DNA of 61,545 nt, filler included, from Sphacelaria rigidula (taxonomy: Eukaryota): the NCBI GenBank assembly GCA_964200075.2. It is 7 parts of 7 records of this genome, joined end to end, with 100 filler letters (N's around TTAATTAATTAA, not from the genome) between each part and the next. Parts side by side here need not be neighbours in the genome. Positions count along the whole stretch, not along the records: positions 17,615 to 26,321 come from CAXNAA020010317.1; positions 26,422 to 35,128 come from CAXNAA020010318.1; positions 35,229 to 43,934 come from CAXNAA020010319.1; 4 more parts are not named here. The stretch is one strand, 5' to 3'. Below are positions 23,201 to 35,659 of this stretch, in pieces (position 1 is the stretch's first letter; every line of letters starts with the position of its first letter). Position numbers and translations under genes: made by a program. The notes under the pieces are model-generated. The model worked only from the letters and a program-made list of their open reading frames with translations. It had not been told where the DNA came from and did no database searches.

Positions 23201-26200
23201 TGCTCTCTATCCGGGATACATAGAGTAGGAATTACTTGCAACAGGTGAACAATGGGCTGGATGTCCCTGCCAGAGGGGAGGTGAATTCCGTTCTTGTCGG
23301 AGATCAGGTCTTGGAGGTCCGGGCACGAGGGCCGGAAGTTGACCCCTTGCAAGTAGTTATGCTTTATATCGGAGTTACACTTGGTACGAATTTCTTGCCA
23401 CAGGTGAACAAGTTCCCGCCGGAGGCCGAAAGTTGACCCCCGGGAAGTAGTCGTACTCTCCATCCGTCATACATCCAGTAGGAATTGCTTGCCACAAACA
23501 CGGCATCTTACAAATTGAGTATGGATTTTTTATTGGGGATGAGAAGCCCGGAGAATTCAGATATTCGTATCCACCCCGAATCTTCGAAATATGGTTTCAT
23601 TTCCTCACCCACTGATAGATTTTGACAACTGCTACACGTCTTAGAAATTCGGAGCACGATCACCGGAACGTTGGGGTCCTAGGGGAAAAACTAATTATGG
23701 GGAATTCCGGGTGTCCGAGCGGATGCCAAAATGGTTCCAAAATTAGTTTTTGACCTAGGACCTTAAAATATCGGTGGTCGAAATCCAGATTTGTTTGGCG
23801 TCTTGCAGTTGTCAAGAGCTATCAGTAGTTGTAGAAATGGAACCATAGTTCGAATATTTGGTGTGGATACGAAGATTTTGTTGCTCCGGGTTTCTTATCC
23901 TCAATGAAAGATCCATCCCCAATTTTTAGGATCCCGTCTTCACAGGTGAACAAGCGGTTGTATGTCACCGCCGGAGGGGAGGTGAATATCGTTCGTGTCG
24001 GAGATCAGGTGTTGGAGGTCCGGGCACGAGGGTCGGAAGTTGACCCCTGGCGAGTAGTTCTGCTCTCTATCAGAGTTACACTTGGTACGAAGTACTTGCC
24101 ACAGGTGAACAAGCGGCTGTATGTCCCCGCCAGAAGGGAGACGAATATCGTTCGTGTCAGCGATCAGATGTTGGAGGTCAGGGCACGAGAGCCGAAAGTT
24201 GACTCCTGGCGAATAGGTCTGCTCTCTATCTGTGATACACTCGAGATGGATTACTTGCCACTGGTGAACAATCGGCTGTATGTCCCCGCCGAAGGGGAGG
24301 CAAATATCGTTCGTGTAGGACATCAGGTCTTGGAGGTCCGGGCGCGAGGATCGGAAGTTGATTCCAGGCGAGTAGTTCTGCTCTCTTTCCGTAATAGCAC
24401 TTAGTTATTTTTTTCATCCGTGATACATACAGTAGGAGTTACTTGCAACATGTCAACAACCGGGTGTATGTCCCCGCTGGAGGGATGGTAAGTATCGTTT
24501 TTGTCAGAGATTGGGTTTTGGAGATCAGGACACGAGGGGCGAAATATGACCCCTGGCAAGTAGTTTTGCTCTCTATCGGGGGTACATGCAGTACGAAGTA
24601 CTTGCCACAGGTGAACAACCGGCTCTAGGTCCCCGCCAGATGGGGGGTGAACATCGTTTGTGTCGGAGATTAGGTCTTGGACGTCAGGGGACGAGGGCCG
24701 AAAGTTGACCCCTGGCGAGTAGTTCTGATCTGTACCCGTGATACATACGGTAGGAATTGCTTGCCACAGGTCAACAACCAGCTGTGTGTCCCCGCCGGAG
24801 GGGAGGTGAATATCGTTCGTGTCGAAGATTAGGTCTTGGAGGTCAGGGCACTAGGGCCGAAAGTTGACCCCTGGCGAGTAGTTCTATTCTTCAGCGGAGG
24901 TACACTTGACAAGAATTCCTCGCGACAGCTCAACAACCGGCTGTGTGTCCCCTCGGACGAAAGGTGAATATCAATATTGTCGGAGATGGGTTCTGGAGAT
25001 CAGGGCACGAGGGCCAAAAGATAACCCCTGACAAGTAGTTTTGATCTCTATCCATAGGACATACAGTAGGAATTGCTTGCCCCAGGTGAATATCCGGCTG
25101 TCCGTCCCCGCCGGAGGAGAGGTGAATATCGTTCGTATCGGAGATGAGGTCTTGGAGGTCAGGGCACGAGGGCCGAAAGTTGACCCCTGGCAAGTAGTTC
25201 TGCTCTCTATCCGTGATACATACGGTAGGAATTCTTCGCCACAGGTGAACAACCGGCTGTGTGTGTGTCCCGGAGGAGAGGTGAATATTGTTTTCGTCGA
25301 AGATCATGTCTTGGAGGTCAGGGCACGAGGGCCGAAAGTTGACTCCAGGTGAATAGTTCTGCTTTCCCCCGTGGTACACTCGCCATACAGTGGGAGTTAC
25401 TCGCCAAAGGTCAACAACCGGCTGTATGTAGCCGCCGAAGGGGAGGTGAATATCGTTTGTGTCGGAGAGCAGGCCTTGGAGGTCAGAGCACCAGGGCCGA
25501 AAGCTGACTCCTGGCAAGTAGTTCTGCTCTCTATCCGTGATACACTTGGTATGAATTACTCGCCCTAGGTCAACAACCGGCTGTATGTTCCCGCGGAGGG
25601 GAGGTGAATATCGTTCGTGTCGGAGAGCAGATCTTGGAGGTCAGGGCATGAGGGCCGCACGTTGACCCCTGGCAAGTAGTTCTGTTCGTTATCCGTGATT
25701 CATACGGTAGGAGTTATTCGCCATAGGTGAACAAGCGGCTGTATGTCCCCGCCGGAGGAGAGGTGAATATCGTTCATGTCGGAGATGAGGTCTTGGAGGT
25801 CAGGGCACGAGAGTCGGAAGTTGACTCCGGTTGAGTAGTTCTGCTCTCTATCCGTGAAACACTTGGTAGGAATTACTCGCTACAGGTCAACAATCAGCTG
25901 TGTGTCCCCGCCGGAGGGGACGTGAGTATCGTTCGTGTCGAAGATCAGGTCTTGGAGATCAGGGCACGAGGGCCGAAACCTGACCCCTGGCAAGTAGTTC
26001 TGCATTCCATCGGTGGTACACTTTACAAGAACTCTTGGCGACAGGTGAACAACATGCTGTGTGTGTCCCCGGAGGGAAGGTGAATATCAATATCGTCGGA
26101 GATTGGGTTCTGGAGGTCAAGGCACCAGGGCCGCAAGATGACCCCTGGCGAATAGCCCTGCTCTTCATCCGTGATACATACGGTAGGAATTACCTGCCAC

Positions 26201-26256
26201 AGGTCAACAACCGGCTGTATGTTCCCGCCGAAAGAGAGGTGAACATGGTTCGTGTC
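20242..26256 (-). pseudogene. Tandem 159-bp / 53-aa repeat protein gene of unrecognised family (~34 units), disrupted and 5'-truncated
   Basis: Period of 159 bp (aggtgaacaa-type motif at ~20533, 20692, 20851, 21010, 21169, 21328). Consensus WQVIPTVCITDREQNYLPGVNFRPSCPDLQDLISDTNDIHLPSGGDIQPVVHL. ORFs of 302, 274 and 425 aa. Recurrent variants are synonymous in this frame. Non-repeat tail at 20242-20400. Interrupted by frameshifts, a MITE at 23497-23940 and a MITE at 26257. Confidence 0.8.
23497..23940. mobile_element. Palindromic MITE, copy 2, inserted in the 159-bp array
   Basis: Ends aacacggcatc / gatcccgtctt. Perfect 4-bp TSD caca (23493-23496, 23941-23944); removing the element restores the array consensus ttgccacaggtgaac. 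Orientation is opposite to copy 1. Confidence 0.9.
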
Positions 26257-26321
26257 GAGTCATCCTACGATAGGGGGGGGGGGTATTTGGTTGCACGAAA
26301 AAAGAGGCTTATAAGTGTGTC
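26257..26321 (-). mobile_element. Partial GAG-TIR MITE (Sola-like family) inserted in the 159-bp array, cut by contig end
   Basis: gagtcatcctacgatagggg...tatttggttgcacgaaaaaagaggcttataagtgtgtc is the reverse complement of the right end of 56585-56845. Confidence 0.85.
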
Positions 26322-26793
26322 NNNNNNNNNNNNNNNNNNNNNNNNNNNNNNNNNNNNNNNNNNNNTTAATTAATTAANNNNNNNNNNNNNNNNNNNNNNN
26401 NNNNNNNNNNNNNNNNNNNNNAATTTGAGTCCCCCCGATTTTTTCAAAATCAGGATCCAAAAAATCGGGATTCGTTTGCCATAAAAGTGGGTCTAACCGG
26501 CTTTGTGATCGAGGATCCACAAAAGCTGTGGCATCGGAGTCGAAGATAAAATCAGTAGAGCTGAGGATTTGAACGTAAACAATGGCTGGTGCTCGGTTTT
26601 ACTTGATTTTAGAATAAATAAAGTTCTGAGAAAATTCATGGTCTGGGGCAGGTGAGCAGTGGACCCAGCTCGTCCAGAACGTGTTTTGGTCCAAAATCGG
26701 CTGGAAGACGTCGATTTGAGCTCTGGCAACGCACACTTCGCCCAGAGAACACTCTGCACCCCTTTGCCCGAGGGTTCTCGGTATACCTTGGTC

Positions 26794-26824
26794 GGGGTTA
26801 GGGTTAGGATTAGCTTTAGGGTTG
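26794..26824 (+). repeat. Short degenerate interstitial TTAGGG-like tract
   Basis: ggggttagggttaggattagctttagggttg. Confidence 0.4.
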
Positions 26825-27540
26825 GCGGCATTTCCATAGAACCAACCATTGTTTACGTACAAATCCTCAGGTCGGCTCGATAAAATAGGAAATCGTTTTC
26901 TTTACGTTGCAGGTTGCAGTTGGGTCCGTCACCAGCGACGAAAATGCTTCTGATATATATGAGATTGAAGCCAATACCGACTAAGAGATAGATGACGAAT
27001 AGCGACCGATCCAAGGGGTCCAAACGCTGGCTGGAAGAAGAGTTGCTTGAATTGCGCCTCGTACAGCTCTCGATAGCCTTCACGATATTGTAGAATATCT
27101 TACTGCTTACTGTTCTCCACAATGTGCTCGTTTTGACGTCGATTCGCTCAGAGGAAATGAGGCTGTTGAGGCAGGTTGGGGGGCGATTGTTTTCGCGAAA
27201 CCGCACAGCACAAATGCTTCCAAAACTGCACACGTTGGGGTGAAAATACTACCCTACACAAGACAACGGTTTACACACATCAACATCAGGATCGCCCAAT
27301 ATTATGGAACCAAGCGCACTACATCTACAGTAAGCACCCTATTTGTTCTAGCCAAGTTGGGCTATCGGTGAATGTGCGCAAGTTTTGTGGAGGCAGTATC
27401 CACTCGACAGTGAGTGCTTTTCTGACATATTACATACAATAATGCATCTCGGACCCTTCTGACCCGCATTGACACGATCATGCGAGCTCGTTGTCCCGCG
27501 TGTTCGATAGAAAGGTTCGAGCTTGAGACTACAGGGTAGC

Positions 27541-27643
27541 TAACCCTTCGACGGTACGATGGGTCATCTATTGAATCGACTTCAATTGCACCTGAAAAAG
27601 CCATGCATGATCCGGATGGACCGCCCGCGCGGCCAAGGGGTCA
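27541..27643. repeat. ~100-bp dispersed repeat (copies at ~28241-28342, ~43740-43810, inverted ~46540-46640)
   Basis: cccttcgacgg....at.ggtcat.t.tt.aat.g.c.tca.tt....tgaa.aa....catga is shared. taaccctt...aagggg ends hint at a piggyBac-like MITE. Confidence 0.55.
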
Positions 27644-30600
27644 AGATTCTAGGATGTTCTTCGAGCTCGCAATTCCTGGAAAAGTTTGGTTGTCAGTTGT
27701 TAGAGGAAGGGCGCCAATCACAGCATCACCACATCTTGGATGGTCAATTGTCCATTGAAATCGTTCTTGTTGCCAACACCTTCTTCCTCCTCACCCACAT
27801 ATTTAGATGATACCGTTCTCACATCCGTCTTTCCAGCCGCACCGTTCAACGACAATAACTATCGGAGCTACTCGCTTACCGTAGCAGTATTCGTCCGAGG
27901 GCACACTCCTGGGCCGAGTGGCGAACAAGTAGCAATGCATGATAAGAACAGTAGTTGAGAAAAAATACATCGAAAAAATAACTTGGTCAACCTTGTGCCA
28001 ACCATGATTTTTTGTAAATAAATGCGCAGGGCTTTGGCGCGACCAGTTAGGCTGTGAACACATCTTACTTCGGGTTGGGACCACCACCCGTCTGAAGTAG
28101 GTCAGTAGCGACATACTTGCTCCCTTTGCCTGCATGTACGCCAACGGTAACTCCCTTTGGTTTATTGAACACAATCTTACTAATACTCGTACGAAAACCG
28201 TGAAAATAGTTCTTCACCGTGTCTTGTACTCTCTTGGTGGACCCTTCGACGGCGAGGGTAGGTCATGTGTTAAATCGGCATCAATTCGACTTGAAGAAAG
28301 TATCCATGATCAAGATGGACTTACCCTCGCGGTCTAAGGATCAAGTTTGCTACCGTTGGCGACCATGTACGACGTATGTTTATATCGTTCCTTTTTGCAC
28401 CTTATGTATAGATGGTGTACATGGTCACCCAACAGATGAAAACTCACAAGTAGTTTCCTCTGTTTGTTCGCTTCAGTAGTATTAGAGTGATTGCAGCACA
28501 CATGGGCATAAGTGCATGTGCATCCACGTTGTAGATCTTCAGTAACTATACGGTAGTACAGAGTACTACATCGCTGTTGTACCAATACACTCGAGCTTGG
28601 TCACAGTAGTGGGTGCGTCTGGGTGCGTCGTTGTGAAGGCAGTACAACCGTAGTCGTGAAACATTGTTGTGCTGGTGCATAAACAGTACCTGCAGTACAG
28701 TAGGTCACAGGTGAATACATTGTATGCGAAATCTTGACTTCCCGCCAGCTCGTTCCCGCCCTAACGTTACTGCCCTACTCACTAGGCAATGGCAGCAACG
28801 TCTACTGCAGTACAGTAGGTGCGTGGAGGACGCGTGTTTATTTTCGTGAAGTGATCGCGCGCGTCCTTACTCAAGACCCCTCAAGCACCTTTTTCGAAAA
28901 ACGGCATGTACAGACACGACCGTAACATGAACCTCGTAATACTTGGGATGTGGGAAAATAGGGATGGGGAGGGGACGGGCGCGCGCGCGGGGAGGGGGGG
29001 GGGGGGGGGGGGGGGTAGCATATACTTACGAGTAGCCGCAATGCGCCATTAAAATATAAGGCACATGCTTGCGGAACACGATAATCCTCCGTGATCCTTT
29101 GCGTGACCAGTTATTTTTCTGCGCCAGACGAAACGACAACAACAGCTGCTCTTTGTAGTCTGTGGTGTATTGTGCTGTACTACTATCTTCACCGAAGACA
29201 CTGAAGTACTGCAGATGCGCGCCAGCTTACCGTTTGAAGCGTGTTATTCTTGTTGGAGCCACACTTCACTTCTCGCTCTCTGTGATCACGTCGTAAACAT
29301 CGAGAAATCGATATGATAAACTTCCCAGCGAGCACACACGCGCGTACACGGCGACGCCGGCACCGACAGACTGACTCGGACAGAAACAACAGGAACACAA
29401 GAGGACCGGATACGCACGCCCTACGCGGGGGATTTCATTTGCCCGCGAATGTCTACACGTTTTTCGCGTAGTGTGGCACGACTGGTATGCCATCGTCGGG
29501 GAAGCATGAAGAATGCATACAATCTCGAACCAGCGGGGAAACGAAGTTCAACGAAGGAAGGTCAGGCTTCCGTGGGGCTCCGTTTCGTTCGGTGCTGTTC
29601 CTGGGTTGAGGCTGTTGCGAAGCAACATATACTTTTTTGTCAACGCAGGTCCACGGAGAAACACCACCTTCCTTGACCGTGTCCATATATATACATGAAC
29701 AAAAAATGAGAAAAATACTTCGAACGGACTGACATGAATTTGCCGAAATTCTGACGCCTCCAGTAACCAAGAACGCAGGCAGCAAGCACATCACGGGCCA
29801 GCGGCGGCAGAGAGATACGGCACAACTCCAGTAGGAAGTTTTGTGGGCTAGGTACGGCTGCCAGATGGCTTGCGTAACGTGTGTAGAACTTATGAATTTT
29901 TCTGTTCAAGTAACCTACTGCGGCGATCATTCCTGGTTCGACGTCAGTATGTGCGGAAGTGGTGGACGCCGCATACAGTTGCCGCATGTCAACAGGTGGA
30001 GGCGATGTTGCCGTCTTACAACATCGACCGGGATCGGCGGGAACACGCCTGTCTGAACGACCTACAAGAAAGTATTTAACTACTCGATGTCCACCTATAC
30101 TGCACAGTCGCCACCACAGGCTCAAGGCGGTGCCAGTATGCGGGCGTCATCTGTGCTTGGCATACAGTTCCAGCTGCAGCTTCAGCAAGAGACACAACCA
30201 CCGAACCATACGGATGGTATAGTGGGGTAGGCCATGTCACCCACCGACTGTTCCGGTGGAGAGTGTCAACCGCACCAACGAATGCGGTTCGTTCAAAGTG
30301 TCCCGAAAAAAAGAAGGAGGGACTTTAATAGACAACACTGATGATGTACTAAATCAACAAGAAAAATATCTTTCATCGCTGAAGGCATGGTTCTGTTCGT
30401 CCGCCTGTCATCATGTACAATGTACACTTGTTGTTCGGTATGTGTCCTGTCATTGCCGACACGCTGGCTGTATCGTTATGCTGCTTAACGAAGTACGCGG
30501 TATTGATGGTGAGACCGCAGTTCACAACAACACTACTTTCTGCGAATAGATCATAGAGGCACGTAGTAACTCACAGTATGACAGACAACAGCACGGTATT

Positions 30601-33420
30601 ACCTGGAGCACACTCTGGAGTATATAACCTGATGATGCATTGTGCAATTAATAGCACATGATCTACAGTACGATTGAACCAGGTATGACATGCCTATGTC
30701 CGGTATATATTCTGATGGTGGAGCAGACGCACGTTCACCTGCGTTGTTGTTGCACGTAACCAACCCACCAGCCGTCGCCATTGACTGTACTATGCTTCCC
30801 CCTGTTCTTTCAGCCAAGCCCAGGGAGCTGCTGGTGTTGCGTTGCGTTGCGTGTGCCCGCACAACCCTGCATTGCCGGACGTTGGCGTGTTCGCAGGGGA
30901 AAAATAGGGGTCTCTGGTCTATGCATCAAAAGGATGCCTGCCCCGTCTCCATTATCATGTTCACTTTACGTTAAATCTTCAGCAAAAGAAAATCAAATCG
31001 GGGCCGGACGGAGCAACAAATCACCAACCAAAGAACACGCGATAAAGCTCACGAACACTCAAGTGGCTGTGCAGAAGCAGAAAACACACCCATGCTGCCA
31101 TCATGGTGTCGATACTACAACGTCGACGATTTGGAAAGAGACCGCGTGCACGCTACGCATTCGCAACAATCATGGATCCGAAGACCCTTCCTTCCGTATT
31201 TTTCTCCGCTCCTTGACTTACACCTCCTATATATGGCATGGTGAAAAAACGCAAACGCCACAAATACCAAAAGGTGTAGACTGGTGAGAATAGATGGGAT
31301 GACAACACAACACACATCACCCGTACATGAGGGGGCATTTCCGCAAGACAGAGGCGGAAATCAGCTTCCCCCAAGGCCACCAACGTACCTGTATCTTTCG
31401 AGTTCCCTTTCGCTGAGGATAGATAGATGTGGGTGTCTCTTTTGGTCGCTGGCAGGAGATGGGATGTGTCAAGCTGACAAGCCTACAAGCAGGTGGGATG
31501 TGTTTGAAGTTTGAAGGGAACCCATTATAATGTGGTTCTTGTGCGTCGACTGGTTGTTGGAGGACTGAACCCCCAACCGCAATCCAGCGCGTGTTTCATC
31601 AGTAGACACATGTTCTGCCCAGGTCCAAGACAGATTCGCAGCATGTCCAAAGATGCGGCGTTTCTTGCCGTATTGTTCGTGCAACATCAACATACATAAC
31701 AACATAATCAGCCTGGCGAAAAAAAAGAAAATCGAGCGAAAATAACGATGACGATGTTGTTGTTATACACTCATGGGCCACCACTCAAACCGAGCCCCGA
31801 GAGAAACGCATTGGCACCCGCTGCACACGCACAAAAGCTCCAGCGTTAGCCCTTGCTCATCTACACATACAGGAGAACCTGCAATGGACAGCATCTGTTC
31901 GGCCGCATGCATACCCTTTTTCAACCGAAAAATCGCCGTTCGGTACTGATTTCTCGTGTGTGTATTACGTCGCGACTCTGACAACATACACAATTGATCA
32001 ATCAAAGCTAAGCACATCTTTGGCAGCAGTTTACAGCTGTTCTTGGGCTCTTTCAATGTTGTTGTACGAGCATGTGTTGTGTTTTGTCAGCTCTAGAGGG
32101 GCTGCCAGGTTCGTGTGTGATTATCGGGTTGTTGTATAGTGTCAAGACATCTTTGCATGCGCCCCTGCCTCCTTTGCTAAGTTCACATCCCCCTTCGAGC
32201 TAACTGGTTGCCTGTTCGCTCGCGGAAACATATGAAGCGACGACAGCATCTTGGATGAATGGACTGGCTGGGATGATCAGTTGCAGTAGGCCGGGCTTTT
32301 CGGTGAGAGCTTGGAATACAACAAAAAGATGAAGTTCTATCCCCGTTTTCATCTTTTTTTCGAAACCACGGCGGCAAGATACGCACGCATCCAGTAGTCG
32401 AAGAAGATTTTTCCCTTGAAAAATGTTTGTCACGTTCCAGTGCTCATCTACGGGTGCTCAAACAAAGGATCGACGAAGGGTCTGCAATAATATTGGAAGT
32501 TGAGGTGCATGCTCGCCTCCTTACAGCAACACAGTGCAGTGATACACAACACGGGAGAGCAAGGGACTAACCAATAGAAATAACTGTGGTGGAACCAAAG
32601 AAGATACGTACGGAGTGTGAGTCTAGCCTGTTGTCGTGCGCGGGTGTTTGCTGCGTTTGCCGGTGCAGCGGTAATACAGCCATACAGCTTGTTCGCGATC
32701 GCAATCAAGTTCCGATGCTGGATACGTAGTGAGTGGTCACCTTCAACCTGCGGCATTCAACCATCACATCTCCTCGCGCGTACAGCATGGGCAAGTAAAT
32801 GACGACGCTCGGTGGACTCCACACCACAAAAAACGTTATTATTTGCGGTAGTTCTCTTCTCCTAGAGCTACGAGTGAGTATCGGAGAAGAAGCAAAAACA
32901 ACAAACCTGGGGACTTATTTTTTCGGCGTCCACAGGCCTCCCCCACGCGCAGTTGGTTTTACTATTTTCCTGGACCACAGCATCTTCTGTATGTTAAACT
33001 TGAGGTACGAGTCGTAACTCGCTTCTCCTCATTGTTCTAGCGCAGTATTAAAAAATCTGAAAAAAACGAATATACTTGACGATTCGGTGCCGATTTTGGC
33101 CCGAAGGAGATTCTTGTCGGGTTGTGCCACACCGGAAAAGAAGGATTTCTAGGGTCTCCGAGATAATTCGCCTCCCTGCCGCATTCTATACCGATCTCCC
33201 GTACCCACCGTTTTTTTATTCGGATTACAGCAAAAGTTTCCCCCAAATACTCCGTGAATTACTCACGGAATGTGATTTATCGTCGATCAAGGAATCAAAG
33301 AATATCGGTAGATCAGATTGTTCGTACATTTTTATTGGCCCATCAAAACACTGCGTACCACCTCACTCGTTTACTTTCTCGTTGTTGTTGTTATTGCTGC
33401 TGTTGTTGTTGTTGCTGTTG

Positions 33421-33578
33421 TGGAGAGCGACCATGTCGCAGGTGCACGAAATTCGGCTTCACGATCGACGAGGAAAAGGGACCGCTGAACCCCTCTCACT
33501 ATAAGAGAGGAGGCAAGCACCGCCGAAGACAAAATAAATGTGGAGTACTGGGTACTAGAATAAGGCAAAAAACAAACA
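33421..33578 (+). mobile_element. 5'-truncated copy of the tRNA-derived SINE, preceded by a (GTT/GCT)n microsatellite (33379-33421)
   Basis: tggagagcg..catgtcg..ggt.cacgaaattcg...gctgaacccctctc...aggcaagcaccgc aligns with the reverse complement of 2560-2685. Confidence 0.75.
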
Positions 33579-33694
33579 GACAGCTGTGTTGTCCTTCCTC
33601 CTGTGTGACCACCGGCTTATGCGCCCAAATTTACCGAAAAATGGAAGGAAACTGGCGTGCAGAAGAGATTGGACGACAACACGATACAACACTC

Positions 33695-34044
33695 CACACG
33701 CGGCCATTTGGCAACCCCGAAAATGCCTCCGGAGCGATGCGCGGCCCTCCAGAGGCAAAACAAGCCTCCGGAGGCCTTCAACCCCTCTGGAGAAACCTAA
33801 CACTACCTACCTCGAGGGCCGCGCACCCCTCCGGAGGAATTTGGGGGTAGAAAAATGCCTTCGGAGAGACGCGCGGCCCTCCGTAGGCAAAACAAGCCTC
33901 CGGAGGCGTTTAATCCCTCCGGAGGGAACAAAAAAATCCCCTCTCGAGGGCCGCGCACCCCTCCGGCGGCGTTTATTTTCTCTGGAGGCTCGTAAAGTTG
34001 ACCGACTTGGAGGAATTTTAGGGGTAGCCAACTGGCCGCGTGTG
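33695..34044. mobile_element. CACAC-terminus MITE (CMC/EnSpm-like) with cctccggagg palindromic subrepeats
   Basis: TIRs cacacgcggccatttggcaacccc / ggggtagccaactggccgcgtgtg. 2-bp TSD tc/tc. Internal ~133-bp tandem duplication. Confidence 0.8.
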
Positions 34045-34589
34045 TCCGCACTGGGCATCTGGTGCAAACGCCTCTCGTTGTCTGTAGAGCAAATACAGTA
34101 GCACCAAAGTAGCACCTCTTCTAGCATGAGAAGTACGGTGGCATGTGGAGCTTGTGCCCCATCATGATTGGTTGAAGGATGACTGTTGAATGCGTAACAT
34201 ATGGTGTTTGCGAGGATAGCAAACTGGGTCACTCCCGGTTTAACGAAGACAATTATTTACATAACTGCTTTGTCTTGAGGTCTCTGAAGCCCCCTGCTGG
34301 GGAGGATTTCTTTGGAGCAAGCACTTGGACCCTGTTCTGATTCCAGACAAGTCTATAATGAAAATATTTGTTCAGGAAACTAGTGGTTTCTGGACGGGGT
34401 CGCTGAACCGTGCAAAAAGAACGAGGGCACTTATTGGATAAGAGGGGCGCGGGGGCGCGGGGGGGGGGATAGACGCGAGGGAGAGCAGGTGCAGGAAGCT
34501 TTTGAAAGATGACAACGCACAGCAGAGTAAGGAAGGAGGAAGGCGATGAGTAGGTCAAGTTTGGTCTGACAAATTCCATTGCGGGGGGA

Positions 34590-35066
34590 ACGCTCAAGGC
34601 GCCCGAGTATGGACGCGTGTTCAGTGAGCAAGCCTCGAGACGTTTTCTGCTCAAGTACCAGGAGGAGTACTCGTACCATGAACAAGCTGGCCTTGGGGAG
34701 AAACAAGACTCGCACTGTGAAGAGTGCGTTTTTGACTGTGGAGGAGCTAGTGCCTCGGCATATTCAAGACTGCTTGTCGGATACTATTTGCTGGACAACG
34801 ATGGAAATGGATTCATCTAAATCAGCAGCCGGTGTCAAAAAGGCACTTGCTGCACGATCCGTTTCAAATGCACTGCGTCGAGTAGAAAGGCAGTGGAGTG
34901 TCTTTCAACATTATTTCAAGGAAAACGAGGGTGCCGACCGTGTTTTCCGCGAGACAGACCGTACCTATGAACCACGCCCGGCACACATTATCACTAGAGC
35001 CATGCATGCGGGCCTGACCCCTCCGGAATTCAAAACAAAAGTAGAAAACAAACGGCGTATGAAGGG
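34590..35066 (+). pseudogene. Probable LTR-retrotransposon gag remnant
   Basis: Frameshifted coding-like stretch (FSEQASRRFLLKYQEEY...; VEELVPRHIQDCL...IITRAMHAGLTPPEFKTKVENKRRMKG) ending at an LTR-like insertion. Assignment is by general resemblance only. Confidence 0.35.
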
Positions 35067-35128
35067 TGTACTCATGATCATGCCTGCCATAGTCATCAGA
35101 CCATTGACCTCGCATCCCTACAAAGCCG
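35067..35128 (+). mobile_element. TG-start terminus of a repeated LTR-like element (also 52841-52914 minus and 61424-61468)
   Basis: tgtactcatgat...catagtcatcagaccattgacctcgca is shared by three copies, all with a sharp boundary at tgtac. Confidence 0.7.
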
Positions 35129-35659
35129 NNNNNNNNNNNNNNNNNNNNNNNNNNNNNNNNNNNNNNNNNNNNTTAATTAATTAANNNNNNNNNNNNNNNN
35201 NNNNNNNNNNNNNNNNNNNNNNNNNNNNGGTTGGGTGTGGGGGTGGGGGTCCGGTCGGGTGGGTGTGGTGGGGGGGGGGGGGGGGGGAGGGACAACTTTT
35301 GATTTTTGCGACCAATCAAACATGGCTCTTTTTGAATGTTTGTTCCCTATGACGCTTCTTCTTGTGGTCTCGACAAGACACGGCCTTACCACTTGGGGGG
35401 CATAAAAGCGCGACGCCCATGAAGTAGGGCTGTGTCCCAGTCCGACGTCATAATAATCATGGTTGATGCCGGTAGATTCGGGTATGGGTACAAAGATTCA
35501 GATCTTTCAGTGACGCTGACGGTCTCGAGTGCTCCTACCGTGAGCGGAAAGGGATTTGAGGTCTGCTAACAAAGTAATTTGTCTAGGAAACCCTTCATGC
35601 CCCGCCCCCTCCTCCCCCCTTTGCCCATGGGTTCTAGGCATGCCTCGGGTTGGGCTTGG

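Noticed and set aside
20526-26256. Plus-strand ORFs of the 159-bp array (LPQVNNRLYVPAGGEVNIVRV...)
   Set aside because: Antisense shadow. They accumulate stops and non-synonymous changes at positions that are silent in the minus frame.
20400-26256. CRISPR array, hammerhead-ribozyme satellite, or exon/intron cassette interpretation of the 159-bp repeat
   Set aside because: No unique spacers or cas genes. No recurring CUGANGA core. GT..AG pairs bracketing the hairpin exist (49-51 nt), but the minus frame reads through them without stops, so splicing is not needed to explain the pattern.
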